From Anaeromyxobacter sp. (GTDB lineage Bacteria; Myxococcota; Myxococcia; Myxococcales; Anaeromyxobacteraceae), in NCBI GenBank assembly GCA_049840735.1, contig JASGJN010000004.1, forward strand, positions 160,001 to 224,000: DNA of 64,000 bases, read 5' to 3'. Within the stretch, counting starts at the first letter, position 1. Each line of letters starts with the position of its first letter. Under the pieces are notes generated by a model. It saw nothing but the letters and a program-made list of their open reading frames with translations, was not told the origin of the DNA and ran no database searches. This document shows, one piece after another, positions 23,165 through 36,549 of the stretch. The position numbers and the translations under genes are program-made.

Positions 23165-24247
23165 ATGAGCCTCGTCCTGAAAGCCGTCGAGCTCCGCGTG
23201 GGCGCTGACACCCACGTCCACCCCACCTCGCTGGAGCTCGCGCCGCGCGGCTTCAACGTGCTGCTCGGCCCGACGCTCGCGGGGAAGACCACCCTCATGC
23301 GCCTCATGGCCGGGCTGCTCCGGCCCAGCGCCGGCGAGGTCTGGTTCGCCGGCCGCGACGTGACCGGCGTGCCGGTGCGCGAGCGGCGGGTGGCCATGGT
23401 CTACCAGCAGTTCATCAACTACCCGCACCTGACCGTGCTCGAGAACATCGCCTCGCCGCTGCGCGTGGCCGGCCTGCCCCGCCCCGAGGTGAAGGCGCGG
23501 GTGGGCCGCATCGCCGAGCTCCTGCGCCTCTCGCCCCTCCTCGACCGCAAGCCCGCGGAGCTGTCCGGCGGGCAGCAGCAGCGGACCGCGCTGGCCCGCG
23601 CCCTGGTCAAGGACGCCGAGCTGATCCTGCTCGACGAGCCGCTCGCCAACCTCGACTACAAGCTGCGCGAGGGGCTGCGCGACGAGCTGCCCCGGCTCTT
23701 CGCCGACCGGGAGTGCACCGTGGTCTACGCCACCACCGAGCCGGCCGAGGCGCTGCTCCTGGGGGGCCACACGGCCACCCTGCACCAGGGCCGGGTCACC
23801 CAGTTCGGCCCCACCGGCGCCGTCTATCGCCGGCCCGCCAATCTCACGACCGCCCAGGCCTTCTCCGACCCGCCCATCAACACCGCCCCGGTGCTGAAGC
23901 AGGGCGGCCGCATCTCGCTCGGCGAGGTGGTCAGCTGGCCGGCGCGGGGCGCGCTGGCCGGGTTGCCCGACGGCCCCTACACGTTCGGCCTCCGCCCCCA
24001 CCACGTGCAGCTGGACGGCGGCGCCGAACCGGCGGAGCAGGTGCGGGTGGCGGGGCGGGTCTCCATCGCCGAGATCAGCGGCTCGGAGAGCGTGGTCCAC
24101 TTCGCGATCGACGGGCAGACCTGGGTCTCGCAGTCGCACGGCGTCCACCGCTTCGACGTGGGCGCCACCGCGGCCTTCCGGCTGGAGGTGGAGCGCGGGC
24201 TCTACTTCACCGCCGACGGCCGCTGCGTCACGCCGGGAGGCGCCTAG
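23165..24247 (+). CDS. glpS: Glycerol ABC transporter ATP-binding protein
   Basis: LLGPTLAGKT, VYQQFINYP, LSGGQQQR and DEPLANLDYKLRE. Confidence 0.9.
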   Translation: MSLVLKAVELRVGADTHVHPTSLELAPRGFNVLLGPTLAGKTTLMRLMAGLLRPSAGEVWFAGRDVTGVPVRERRVAMVYQQFINYPHLTVLENIASPLRVAGLPRPEVKARVGRIAELLRLSPLLDRKPAELSGGQQQRTALARALVKDAELILLDEPLANLDYKLREGLRDELPRLFADRECTVVYATTEPAEALLLGGHTATLHQGRVTQFGPTGAVYRRPANLTTAQAFSDPPINTAPVLKQGGRISLGEVVSWPARGALAGLPDGPYTFGLRPHHVQLDGGAEPAEQVRVAGRVSIAEISGSESVVHFAIDGQTWVSQSHGVHRFDVGATAAFRLEVERGLYFTADGRCVTPGGA

Positions 24248-24249
24248 CC

Positions 24250-27085
<2,836 letters not shown>

Positions 27086-27098
27086 AGGGAGGCCGCGC

Positions 27099-27395
27099 GT
27101 GAGTCCTGAACTGCATGGCCTCGGCTGGATGGCCTGGACGTGGCAGACCGCGGCGTTCTTCGCCTTCATCGGCCTGCTCCTGGCGCTGATGATGGTCTGG
27201 GAGTGGCGCCGCCCGGGCGGCGCGCCGCGGCGGGGCGTGCTGCGCATCGTCACCACCCGGGGCGACCGGCTCTTCATCTCGCTGCTCTCGGCGGCCTACC
27301 TGCACATCGGCTGGCTGGCCCTCACCTCCGTGACGCTGTGGGGCGCCACCGCCGCCTCGGCGGTGCTGGCGGTGCTGGTGTTCCGGTACGTCTGA
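27099..27395 (+). CDS. glpU: DUF2160-like small membrane protein of the glycerol transporter
   Basis: WMAWTWQTAAFF and TTRGDRLFISLL. Confidence 0.85.
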   Translation: MSPELHGLGWMAWTWQTAAFFAFIGLLLALMMVWEWRRPGGAPRRGVLRIVTTRGDRLFISLLSAAYLHIGWLALTSVTLWGATAASAVLAVLVFRYV

Positions 27396-27548
27396 AGCGG
27401 GGGCTGCGCCCCCGCCCCGCCGGCAGAGCCGTCGGGGCCCCACCCCTGCTACGCTGGGTCCCAGCGCGCTGCGGCCTTCGGCCTTGCGCGCGACCCAGCG
27501 CCGAGGGGCTTCGCCCCTCCCCCGGCCACATGCCGGAGCCCCCACCCC
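27393..27548 (+). repeat. ~155-bp structured dispersed repeat (copy 1)
   Basis: Near-identical to 48314-48472; internal hairpins include GAGGGGC-TTCG-CCCCTC. Confidence 0.9.
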
Positions 27549-27614
27549 AGCGCCCCATCCAGTTCACGCTCGGGCAGTCCCGGCGGCCCCTGGCGCGGCG
27601 GGCCGGGCCGGGCC

Positions 27615-28805
27615 ATGCTCCTGGGCATGCCCCGCCCGCCCGCCACCTCGACCCACGCCGCCGGCCTGTCCGCCAACGTGTACAGCGCGCTGGTGGAGCG
27701 GGCCCGGTCCATGCCCGGCCCCATCTACCCGCTGCACGTGGGCGACACCTGGCGCTCGCCGCCGGAGGGGGCGCGGGCCGAGGACCAGCGCGAGGCGGAG
27801 TTCCCGCGGCTGCACGCCTACGCCCCGGTGACCGGCGAGCCGGAGCTGGTGGAGGCGGTGCGCGAGCACCTGCGCGCGCGCCACGGCCTGGCGCTCGCGC
27901 CCGAGCAGCTGCAGATCATGCCCGGCGCCACCGGCGGGCTGACCACGGTGCTGACCGCGCTGCTCGACCCCGGGGACGAACTGCTGCTCCCCTCGCCGTT
28001 CTGGCCGCTGATCCGCGGCATCGCCGCCGCGCGCGGCTGCCGGGTGGTGGAGGTGCCGTTCTTCACGCGGCTGGGCACGCCCGGCTTCGATCCGGAGGCC
28101 GCGCTGGAGCGGGCGGTCACGCCCCGCACCGCCGCCGTCTACGTGAACGACCCGCACAACCCCACCGGCCGCGTCCTCGACGACGACACCGTGGCGGCCA
28201 TCGCCCGGGTGGCGCGCCGGCACGACCTGTGGGTGGTGGCGGACGCGGCCTACGAGGACCTGCGCTACGGCGAGGCGCGGCCGCCCCCCTGGCTGCGGCC
28301 CGAGCTGGTGGAGCGGACCATCGTGAGCGGCACGGTGTCGAAGAGCCACGCCATGGCGGGCGCGCGGGTGGGCTGGTCGTTCGGGCCGGAGGCGCCCATG
28401 CGCGCGGTCCGCGGGGTGCAGACGTTCCAGCACTACTGCGCCGCGCGCCCCATGCAGCGGGCCGCCGCGCGGGCGCTGCGGATGGGCGAGGGGTGGCTGG
28501 CCGGGCTGCGGCGCGAGTACGCCGCGGCCGGCGCCGCAGCGGCCGCCGCGCTGGGCCTGCCCGCGCCGCAGGGCGGGACGTTCCTGTTCGCCGACGCCAC
28601 GCCCTGGCTGCGCCCCGGCGAGGCGCTGCAGGGCTTCCTGGAGCGGTGCCTGGAGGCCGGCGTGCTGCTGACGCCCGGCCTGGCCGCCGGGCAGGACTTC
28701 GGCAGCTGGGTGCGGCTCTGCTTCACCGCCGTGCCGCCGGGGGACCTGGCGCAGGCGCTGCGGCGGCTGCAGCCGGTGCTCGCCAGCGGTCCTGGAGGTC
28801 CGTAG
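27615..28805 (+). CDS. PLP-dependent aminotransferase, class I/II
   Basis: NDPHNPTG, VADAAY and TVSKSHAMAGARVG (PLP lysine). Confidence 0.9.
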   Translation: MLLGMPRPPATSTHAAGLSANVYSALVERARSMPGPIYPLHVGDTWRSPPEGARAEDQREAEFPRLHAYAPVTGEPELVEAVREHLRARHGLALAPEQLQIMPGATGGLTTVLTALLDPGDELLLPSPFWPLIRGIAAARGCRVVEVPFFTRLGTPGFDPEAALERAVTPRTAAVYVNDPHNPTGRVLDDDTVAAIARVARRHDLWVVADAAYEDLRYGEARPPPWLRPELVERTIVSGTVSKSHAMAGARVGWSFGPEAPMRAVRGVQTFQHYCAARPMQRAAARALRMGEGWLAGLRREYAAAGAAAAAALGLPAPQGGTFLFADATPWLRPGEALQGFLERCLEAGVLLTPGLAAGQDFGSWVRLCFTAVPPGDLAQALRRLQPVLASGPGGP

Positions 28806-28819
28806 CGAGGACCGGCGGT

Positions 28820-29772
28820 TCACTGACCGTCAGCTCGGGGGCGGACCGGGAGCGGGACGCTGCACAGGTCGATCCGGCCGGCCGGCACCTTGTACCAGGT
28901 GCCACCGCGGTTGCGCCGGGACTCGACCAGCCGGTCCCACGTGGTCCCCTCGGTGCGGAGGAGCTCGAGCTGCGGGCGTCCGGCAGCGGGCAGATCGGCG
29001 AGCACGCGCACGCTGCGGATGGGCGTCCTCAGCTCCGGCTGCTCGTGGAAGCCCATGGGCGCGGGGCCGCGCGGCAGCGAGGACAGGTGCTCCATGCCCT
29101 GGACCACCCGGCCGACCACGGTGATGTTCCGGTCCAGCGTGCGCGGGGCGTGGCCGATCACCGCGAACAGGTTGGTGCCGTCGCCGGTGGCCGGGTCGTC
29201 TGCGCGCGCGAGGCCCACCGCGCCGTAGCAGTGCGTCAGCCAGGCCTCGCCGGTGCGGGCGTCCCGGGCGGCCGGGAACCCGGCGGAGAAGCCGACCTCC
29301 GGCGCGTACAGGTCGCCGTCCGGCAGGGGCGTGAACGGCAGGTCCGCGGCGGCGCGGGTGAACTCCGCCGGGAGCGCGGCCGGGCCGGCCTTGATTGGCC
29401 GCGCCTTGGCCGGCTCGTCGCCGTCCGGGTCGCCCCACTGCGCGACGTAGCCGTCCTGGACGCGATACACCGACAGGCCGTCGAAGTAGCCCTCCCGCAC
29501 CAGCGCCAGGATCCGCTCCACGTGCCTCGGCGCGAAGTCCGGCGCCAGCGCGATCACCACGCGCCCCCCGGGCAGCTCCATGACCAGGGTGTGCGCGGGA
29601 TTCGAGCGCCGCCCAGTCCCCCGGCGCTGACGCGGCCAGGACGTCCTTCATCTCCAGGCGCGCCGCGGCCGGCGCCGCGGCCGAGGCCTGCCCGACGCCG
29701 CGGCAGCCGGCGAGCATGGTCCCGCTGACCAGGACGAGGGAAGCGACCAGACCGGATTCGAGAGCTGGGCAT
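28820..29772 (-). CDS. Cyclophilin-type peptidyl-prolyl isomerase lipoprotein (two GAATC frameshifts)
   Basis: [29 protein letters not shown] and [11 protein letters not shown]; correction gives [23 protein letters not shown]...[11 protein letters not shown]. Confidence 0.85.
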
Positions 29773-29867
29773 TCGTCACACCTTATCGCGACCTCGACGG
29801 GGGCGCCGCGCCCCGGCCAGGGAGGCGCCGAGACAGGGGGCCTGGGGCGCGCATAGAGTCGGCTGCA

Positions 29868-30855
29868 ATGCCTCCCACCGACGCCCCTCGCATCCTCGTC
29901 CGCAGCGCCGAGCGCGGGACCCCCGACGCGTTCTCGCATCCGTACAACCCGAGCTCCGAGATCCACGGCTGGACGCTGGCGGCCGCCGCCGGGCTGACGC
30001 GCATCGGCGTCAGCCTGGCCTGGCTGCCGCCAGGGAAGGAGTCCTTCGCCTTCCACCGCCACCATCGCGAGGAGGAGTGGATGTTCGTCCTCTCCGGCAG
30101 CGGGACGGTGGACGTCGACGACGCGTCGCTCCCGGTCGGGCCGGGCGACTTCCTGGGCTTCCCGCCGGGCGTGGCCCACCTGGTCCGCAACACCGGGACG
30201 GAGGACCTCCACTTCCTGCAGGGCGGCGAGTCCTTCGGCGACGTCGAGGTGGCCGACTTCCCGCGCCTGCGCCGGCGCATGGTCCGCACCGGCCACCAGC
30301 TGACGGTCTACCCGCTCGACGCCGAGGTCCCCTTCCTCCCGCCCGGCGTGTCGCTGCCGCCTCCCCCGCCCCGGCCAGCGCCGCGCGTCCTGGTGCGCGC
30401 CGCCGACCGCGGCGAGCCCCGCGCCTTCCACCACCCGGAGAACCCGGCAGGCGAGGTCCATCTCACGCCGCTCTCGCGCCCGGCGGGGCTCTCGCGCGTG
30501 GCGGTGGTCCTGACCCGCGTCCCGGCCGGCCGCGACGCCTACGCCTTCCACGTCCACCAGCACGACGAGGAGTGGCTCTACGTCCTCTCGGGCCGCGGCG
30601 AGGCGCTGGTGGGCGACGCCGTGCACGCCATCGGCCCGGGCGACTTCCTCGGCTTCCCGCCCCGCGGCCCGGGCCACGACACCCGCGCGCTGCCGGGCGA
30701 GGACCTCGTCTACCTCTGCGGCGGCGACGCCTGGTCGCGCTCCACCATCGAGAATCGTGGACTTCCCGCGCCTGGGCCGCCGGCGCACCTTCGTCGGCAC
30801 CCGCGAGGCGCTCACCTTCCCGCTCGAGTCTGCGCGGGAGCGCCCGCCGCGCTGA
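29868..30855 (+). CDS. Tandem cupin-domain protein (frameshift at GAATC 30752)
   Basis: Two repeats of H-x-H-x-x-x-EEW-x-x-VLSG...PGDFLGFP...H. Confidence 0.85.
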
Positions 30856-31031
30856 GGGCGCCAGGGCCGGCTGCCCGCGATCCAGGCAGCCGCCGCCCGG
30901 TTCGCGGGCGCGCCACGCCGCTGGCCTTCGCGCTTTGCGCGCCTGCGCCGCGCTGCCGCCGGTACGCCGGCTGCAACCCCGGCCGGCGAGGGGCAGCGGC
31001 CGGCCGGCCCGGCCACGGACGAGGAGCGAAC

Positions 31032-31370
31032 GTGAAGCGGATCGAGGCCATCATCCGGCCGTCCAAGCTGGAGGACGCGAAGCGGGCGCTGGCCCACCCC
31101 TGGATCGCCGGCATCACCGCCGGCGAGGTGAAGGGGTACGGGCGCCAGCGCGGCCACGTGGAGGTCTACCGCGGCGCGGAGTACGCCACCTCCATGGTCC
31201 CCAAGATCAAGATCGAGATCGTGGTCCCGGACCCGCTGGTCCCGCGGCTGGTGGGGGACCTGGCGGACTGGCTCAAGACCGGCAAGATCGGCGACGGGAA
31301 GATCTTCGTCACGCCGGTGGACGACGCGGTCCGCGTCCGGACTGGGGAGCGGGGCGAGGCGGCGCTGTGA
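31032..31370 (+). CDS. glnB: P-II nitrogen regulatory protein (GlnB/GlnK family)
   Basis: 112 aa; IEAIIRP, GYGRQRGHVEVYRGAEY and TGKIGDGKIFV; GTG start with GAGGAG RBS. Confidence 0.9.
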   Translation: MKRIEAIIRPSKLEDAKRALAHPWIAGITAGEVKGYGRQRGHVEVYRGAEYATSMVPKIKIEIVVPDPLVPRLVGDLADWLKTGKIGDGKIFVTPVDDAVRVRTGERGEAAL

Positions 31371-31447
31371 CGGCCCGGGGCTTGGGGTGAAGCCACGCCG
31401 CGGGCGCACCGGCGCGCGCCCCGCGACCGCGGCCCGGCGGCTCCGGC

Positions 31448-32473
31448 TCAGGCCTGCCGGCTGGCCTTGAGCCACTCCAGCGCGGCGATGGCCGCGCCGC
31501 GGGCGCCGGCCATGTCCAGGTGCTGGACCACCTCGAACCGGGCCACCTGCTCCTGCTCGGCGCGCAGGTACGTGTGCTCCCGCACCTTGGCCAGGAACCA
31601 GGCCCGGAACTCGGGGGCCGCCTCCACCACGCCGCCGCCCAGGAAGTAGGCGTCCGGGTCGGTGAAGTTGGCGGCGACCGTGAAGAGCCGCCCGATGGCC
31701 ATGGCCTGCTGCTCGAAGATCTTGAGCGCCAGCGGGTCCTGCTTCTCGCCGTAGCCGCGGACCTGCTTGGCCGCGTCGGCGACCGGCAGCTTCGCCAGCG
31801 GGTGGTCGGGGTGGCGGGTGAGCCAGTACGGCAGCAGGTTCTCGCGGATGCCGGTCAGCGAGGCCACGCTCTCGGCGTCGCCCACGAACCCGCAGTTGCA
31901 GCGCGGCATGGGCTGGCCGTCGCCCAGCAGGCCGTGCATCGGGATGTGCACGTGGCCGAGCTCGCCGGCCATGCCGGCCGCGCCCTTGACCACGTTGCCC
32001 TGCTCGATCACGCCGCCGCCCAGCCCGGTGCCGACGATGGCGGAGACCGAGGAGCGCCGGTGCGCGTCGGCGCCGAAGCACTCGTAGTGCGCGTAGAGCG
32101 CGGCCGCGTTGCCGTCGTTGTTGTAGATGACCGGCAGGCCAATCCGCTGCTCGACCGCGCCGCGGAAGTCGAACGAGCGCCAGCCCGGGTGGGCGAAGTT
32201 GGTCGAGCCCTTGGCGGTGATGACGCCGGTGGCGCTGGCCGGGCCGGGCGTGTCGAGGCCGACGGCGCGCACGCGCGTGCGGTCGATGCCCAGCTTCTGG
32301 AGGACGCCGTCGAAGGACTGGGCCAGCGCCTCCACGGCGACCTCCGGCCCCTCCTTCACGCGGCTCGGGTTCTCCACCAGCGTGTGGACGAGGAAGTTCC
32401 CCGCGAGGTCGAGGACGGTCGCGTTATTGGCGGTGCCCCCGTTGTCGAGCCCCACCACCACCCCGTGATCCAT
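31448..32473 (-). CDS. ROK-family sugar kinase
   Basis: GLDNGGT, NNDGNAAAL, GTGLGGG, GELGH and CNCG. Confidence 0.85.
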   Translation of the reverse strand: MDHGVVVGLDNGGTANNATVLDLAGNFLVHTLVENPSRVKEGPEVAVEALAQSFDGVLQKLGIDRTRVRAVGLDTPGPASATGVITAKGSTNFAHPGWRSFDFRGAVEQRIGLPVIYNNDGNAAALYAHYECFGADAHRRSSVSAIVGTGLGGGVIEQGNVVKGAAGMAGELGHVHIPMHGLLGDGQPMPRCNCGFVGDAESVASLTGIRENLLPYWLTRHPDHPLAKLPVADAAKQVRGYGEKQDPLALKIFEQQAMAIGRLFTVAANFTDPDAYFLGGGVVEAAPEFRAWFLAKVREHTYLRAEQEQVARFEVVQHLDMAGARGAAIAALEWLKASRQA

Positions 32474-32622
32474 TGCGTCGCTCCTTTTGCCCCGCCGCGG
32501 CGCCGCCCCCCGGCCCGCCGGCTGCGGGGCGGGATTCTATACGGAACCCGCCGGCTGTCGCCCCCGGCGAGTGCGTGCGTCTGTCGCAGGAGCGGCCGCC
32601 CAGGGGGCCGGCCGCAGCCGCC

Positions 32623-33441
32623 TCACCGCCCCGGTGCGGCGCCCCCGTCCGCGCCCAGCCCCATGGCCTCGCGCAATTCGCGCGCCTTGGCCTGCAGGAG
32701 GCGCGTGTTGCGGGGCCCCATGCGCAGCAGGTGCTTCTCCGCCTCGGGCAGCCGCTCCAGGGCCGGGTCCTCGTACAGGTAGACGCCCCCCTCGTCCACC
32801 ACGGCCAGGTCCCCGTCCCGGACCGGCGCCCGCTCGATGCGCCGCAGCGCGCGCCCCACCACGGCGTCGATGGACGCCTGCGGGTAGCCCAGCTTGCGGT
32901 AGGCGCCCTCCAGCACCCGCTTCAAGGACCGGTAGGCGCTCCCCAGCGCCCGCGGGTCCACGGAGGCCACGGCGTCGCCGAAGGCGTCGTAGCGGGCGTA
33001 GGCGCCAGGGTCGATGACGGTCTTGCCGTCGCGCTGGACGACGCTGAACGCCTTGGACGGCGCGAGGAACGCGAGCTCGCGCCGCGGCGAGACCCCCTCC
33101 CCCAGGTTGTCGGCCACCACCGCCGCCTTGCGCAGCAGGTCGCCGCTCGCGAGCCACTGGCGGTAGAGCGGGTCCTGCGAGGCCGGCTCCAGCAGCCCGC
33201 GCACGTCGGCGTCGCTGGCCGTGGCCAGCGCGGGCGGCTCCTGCGCCGGCGCTCCCGCCCCGATCTCGGCCGGGCCCGAGCCCGCCACCGGCTGCAGGTC
33301 GGGGACCGCGGGCGCCTGCCGGCCCACCCACCAGACGACCAGCGCCACCACCGCCGCGGCGACGGCGACGCCGCCGATCACCCAGGGAAGCTTGCCGGGG
33401 CGCCGCAGCGTGGTGCGAGGTCCGGTCTCCATCGGCTCCAT
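32623..33441 (-). CDS. DUF3014-like membrane-anchored protein
   Basis: N-terminal TM segment; YARYD, AYRKLGYP and YxDPALE...KHLLRMGP. Confidence 0.8.
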   Translation of the reverse strand: MEPMETGPRTTLRRPGKLPWVIGGVAVAAAVVALVVWWVGRQAPAVPDLQPVAGSGPAEIGAGAPAQEPPALATASDADVRGLLEPASQDPLYRQWLASGDLLRKAAVVADNLGEGVSPRRELAFLAPSKAFSVVQRDGKTVIDPGAYARYDAFGDAVASVDPRALGSAYRSLKRVLEGAYRKLGYPQASIDAVVGRALRRIERAPVRDGDLAVVDEGGVYLYEDPALERLPEAEKHLLRMGPRNTRLLQAKARELREAMGLGADGGAAPGR

Positions 33442-33688
33442 GGCTCCTCCTGCTGCGGCCGGCTTGCAGCCCCTGGCGCCCGGCGTGGCACCCGCGGGGC
33501 TTGGGGGACGCGATGTGGGAGGACAGCCTCGCACGAGGCCGCCGGCACCTCCAGCGTCGAGATCGGGCCCGACCCTCCGCCGGTCCCCGAGCGAGCCCGC
33601 CTCCACTGGCGGTCGGTGAGCAGGTTCTCGTACGATGCCCTCGCCCGCCTGCCCGGCCCGCCCGGGCGGCGCGAAACAGGAGCTCGAC

Positions 33689-34318
33689 ATGCCCCTCCGG
33701 CCCGGACGGCTGACCCTGCTCACGCTGGCGTCGCTCCTCGCGCTCGTCGCCGCTCCCGCGCACGCCGCGCTCACGCTGGAGCTGGACTACGGCCTGGCGC
33801 GACCGCCCAGCGGCGGGCTCGAGCAGGCGCTCGACGGCGCGGGCAAGGAGTCCGACCTCTTCGCCACCTCGCTGCAGGTGATCGGCGGAGCGGTGCTGCT
33901 CGACCTGGGCGGCCTGGAGCTGGGCGCGGTGGCGGACAGCACCAGCGGCAAGGACTCCCCCTCCCAGACCGCCGTCGGCGGGCTCTTCGGCGTCCGCTTC
34001 GGCGACAAGCTCCGCCTCGAGCTGCTGGGCGAGGCCGGCGGCCACCGGTACGGAGACTTCCTGCAGAACCCCGACGTCGTCACGGCCTCCTCGAAGGAGG
34101 AGTGGCTCTTCTACGTGGGGCTGCGGCCCGGGTTCGCCTACCGCTTCGACCTGATCCCCAAGGGGCCGGGCCTGGTGCTGGGCATCTGGGCGTTCGCCCG
34201 CTGGGACGTGAAGAGCAAGGACGTCCCGGTGACGGTGGGCAGCGGCGGCTCCCCCGGCACGCTCTCGCTGGGCGGCACGAGCATCGGCGCGACGCTGCGC
34301 GCCGGGATCGAGTTCTAG
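33689..34318 (+). CDS. Putative outer-membrane beta-barrel protein
   Basis: Signal peptide (APAHA), alternating beta-strand pattern and C-terminal LRAGIEF. Confidence 0.65.
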   Translation: MPLRPGRLTLLTLASLLALVAAPAHAALTLELDYGLARPPSGGLEQALDGAGKESDLFATSLQVIGGAVLLDLGGLELGAVADSTSGKDSPSQTAVGGLFGVRFGDKLRLELLGEAGGHRYGDFLQNPDVVTASSKEEWLFYVGLRPGFAYRFDLIPKGPGLVLGIWAFARWDVKSKDVPVTVGSGGSPGTLSLGGTSIGATLRAGIEF

Positions 34319-34423
34319 CGGGGGCTGGCGGGCCGCTTGCCCAGAGGGGCCAGTTCGCGGCGTGCAGGGTGGGGGCCCCAGCGCAGCTTGAGGGAGGGGC
34401 GCAGCCCCCGGGGATGTCAGGCC

Positions 34424-34651
34424 CTACGCCCGGGCGACGGCCGGCCGGGCCTGCAGCGCGGTGCGCGCGCGGTTCACGCGACGCGCGCTCGCCACCGCGA
34501 CCAGCACGACCAGCGAGACGGCGGCCACGAACAGCACCGGCATGGAGAAGCCACCGGTGGTGGAGGCAATCCCTACGAAGGCGGCGCCGGAGAAGAGCGC
34601 CAGGAAGAACGAGGCAACCTCAAGCGGCTCGAGCAGCATGTCGGTCAGCAC
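34424..34651 (-). CDS. Small two-TM membrane protein, hypothetical
   Basis: GGAGG RBS before GTG; two hydrophobic stretches. Confidence 0.55.
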   Translation of the reverse strand: MLTDMLLEPLEVASFFLALFSGAAFVGIASTTGGFSMPVLFVAAVSLVVLVAVASARRVNRARTALQARPAVARA

Positions 34652-34808
34652 GAGAACCTCCCGTAGGACGTGCTCACGTTAAGCCAACCCGATCGTGACT
34701 GATCTGCGGCCTGGTGTCCTCGGACCACGTGTCGCAGCCGATCGTGGGGTGGGGTGTGGGGATGGCGAGCTGTCGCACACTCACGGGGGGACACCCGCCG
34801 GGCGGCCG

Positions 34809-35558
34809 TCACTCGGAGGACGAGCTGAGCGCGAACTCGCGGAGGCCGGCCACGCGGTGGAGCGCCAGGGCCAGCGGCTCGCGGTTGCGCTGGTCGTGGG
34901 TCCAGAGCGAGAGCCGGTACTCGAAGTCGCCGGAGACCAGATCGGCCCGGTAGCCCACGTCCACCACGCGGAAGCCGTGCTCGCGCAGCAGCGCCCGCAG
35001 CTCGGCCTCGGGCATCACCTGGTCCGCGCCGAAGCGGACCAGCCCCGCGGCGAAGTGCTGCGTGGGCACGCGCCGCTCGATCTGGCGGAAGACCGTCAGC
35101 ACGCCCAGCGTCATCACCGCGGAGGTGTACGCGGCCCCGTACAGCCCCACGCCCATCAGCACGCCGATGGCGGAGGTGATCCAGATCGAGGCCGCGGTGG
35201 TGAGGCCCCGGACCGAGAGCCCTTCCTTGAAGATCACCCCGGCGCCCAGGAAGCCGATGCCGGTGACGATCCCCTGCGCCATGCGCGTGGGGTCCACCCG
35301 CACCGCGTCGAGCGACCGGCCCACGAACCACTGCCCCTCGAACACGGTCACCAGCATCAGCGTGGCGGAGGCGAGCGAGACCAGGGTGTGCGTCCGGAAC
35401 CCGGCCGGCCGCCCGTGGTAGCTGCGCTCCAGGCCGATCGCGCCGCCGGCCAGCAGCGCCCCACCCAGCCGCGCCAGCACGTCCTGCCAGGCCCCGGGCG
35501 TGAGCGAGAGCGCCTCGCGCAGCGCGTCCGCGTCCAGCGCCGCCAGGAGATCCGTCAC
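34809..35558 (-). CDS. MgtC/SapB family protein
   Basis: IGLER, PAGFRTHTLV, DPTRMAQGIVTGIGFLGAG and GLTTAASIW. Confidence 0.92.
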   Translation of the reverse strand: MTDLLAALDADALREALSLTPGAWQDVLARLGGALLAGGAIGLERSYHGRPAGFRTHTLVSLASATLMLVTVFEGQWFVGRSLDAVRVDPTRMAQGIVTGIGFLGAGVIFKEGLSVRGLTTAASIWITSAIGVLMGVGLYGAAYTSAVMTLGVLTVFRQIERRVPTQHFAAGLVRFGADQVMPEAELRALLREHGFRVVDVGYRADLVSGDFEYRLSLWTHDQRNREPLALALHRVAGLREFALSSSSE

Positions 35559-35712
35559 GGGCTGCCTCCCCTCCGGCCGGCCGACCGGCCTTCACTTGAG
35601 GATAACGCCGCGCGGCCCGGGGCGGCAGTTTCCGGGCAGGGCGCCCGCCGGCGCGCTCCGGCTTGCGCGCGGCGGCTCCATCCGTTATAGCGGAGACCCC
35701 GACAGGAGCGCC

Positions 35713-36417
35713 ATGTCCGCCGCCAAGCCCCGCACCGCCGACCCCTACGGCGACCTCGCCGTCATCGACGCGCGCGCCCCGCGCTTCAACCAGGCCGTGG
35801 TCGGCCTCCTCTCCGCCGCCGGGGCGCTCACCGGCGCCTGGTGGCCCTTCCTGCTGGTCTCGGCCCAGCTGGCGCTCGGGCTCTGGCTGGGGCGCCGCTT
35901 CTGCCTGCCCTGCCGCTTCTACTTCGACGTGATCCAGCCGCGGGTGGGCGAGGGGCCGCTGGAGGACAGCCGCCCGCCGCGCTTCGCCAACCAGCTCGGC
36001 GCGGTGGTCACCGGGGCGGCCGCGCTGGCCGGCGCCGCCGGGCTGGGCGGGGTGGCGGCCGCCCTGGGCGGCCTGGTGGCGGCGCTGGCGCTGCTCTCCG
36101 CCGCGACCGGCTTCTGCGCCGGCTGCTGGCTCTACGCCACCACCGCGCGGCTGCGCGGGCTCCGCACGCGCCAGCTCGACCGGATTGACCTGGAGGAGCT
36201 GCAGGTGCCGCCCGGCCGCGAGGTGGTGGTGCAGTTCACGCACCCGCTCTGCTCCGACTGCCACGCGCTCACCGGCCGGCTCCGCGCCGCGGGCGAGGCG
36301 CCGGTGCTGGTGGACGTCTCGCGCCGGCCGGACCTGGCGCGCCGCTACGGCGTCGCCGTGGTGCCCTTCGCCGTGCGCGTGGCCCCCGACGGCCGCGTGT
36401 GCGCGCAGGTCGCCTGA
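35713..36417 (+). CDS. DUF4395-like membrane domain fused to a thioredoxin-like domain
   Basis: IDARAPRFNQ, EDSRPPRFANQLG and GFCAGC, followed by FTHPLCSDC...LARRYGVAVVP. Confidence 0.75.
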   Translation: MSAAKPRTADPYGDLAVIDARAPRFNQAVVGLLSAAGALTGAWWPFLLVSAQLALGLWLGRRFCLPCRFYFDVIQPRVGEGPLEDSRPPRFANQLGAVVTGAAALAGAAGLGGVAAALGGLVAALALLSAATGFCAGCWLYATTARLRGLRTRQLDRIDLEELQVPPGREVVVQFTHPLCSDCHALTGRLRAAGEAPVLVDVSRRPDLARRYGVAVVPFAVRVAPDGRVCAQVA

Positions 36418-36549
36418 GACCACCAGTACGTGCCTCCGGGACCGCGCCCCGCCTGACGCGGCGAAAGTGTTTCTCCCTCCGCGACCCGGGCTCTAGACTC
36501 CCGGCCCCGTGGCGCAAGCGGCCAGGCGCCACCCCAGGAGGAGAGAACG

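Noticed and set aside
29868..31370. Apparent 500-aa cupin-PII fusion in the ORF track
   Set aside because: It arises from the extra A at GAATC 30752; the corrected cupin stops at 30855 and PII has its own RBS and GTG at 31032.
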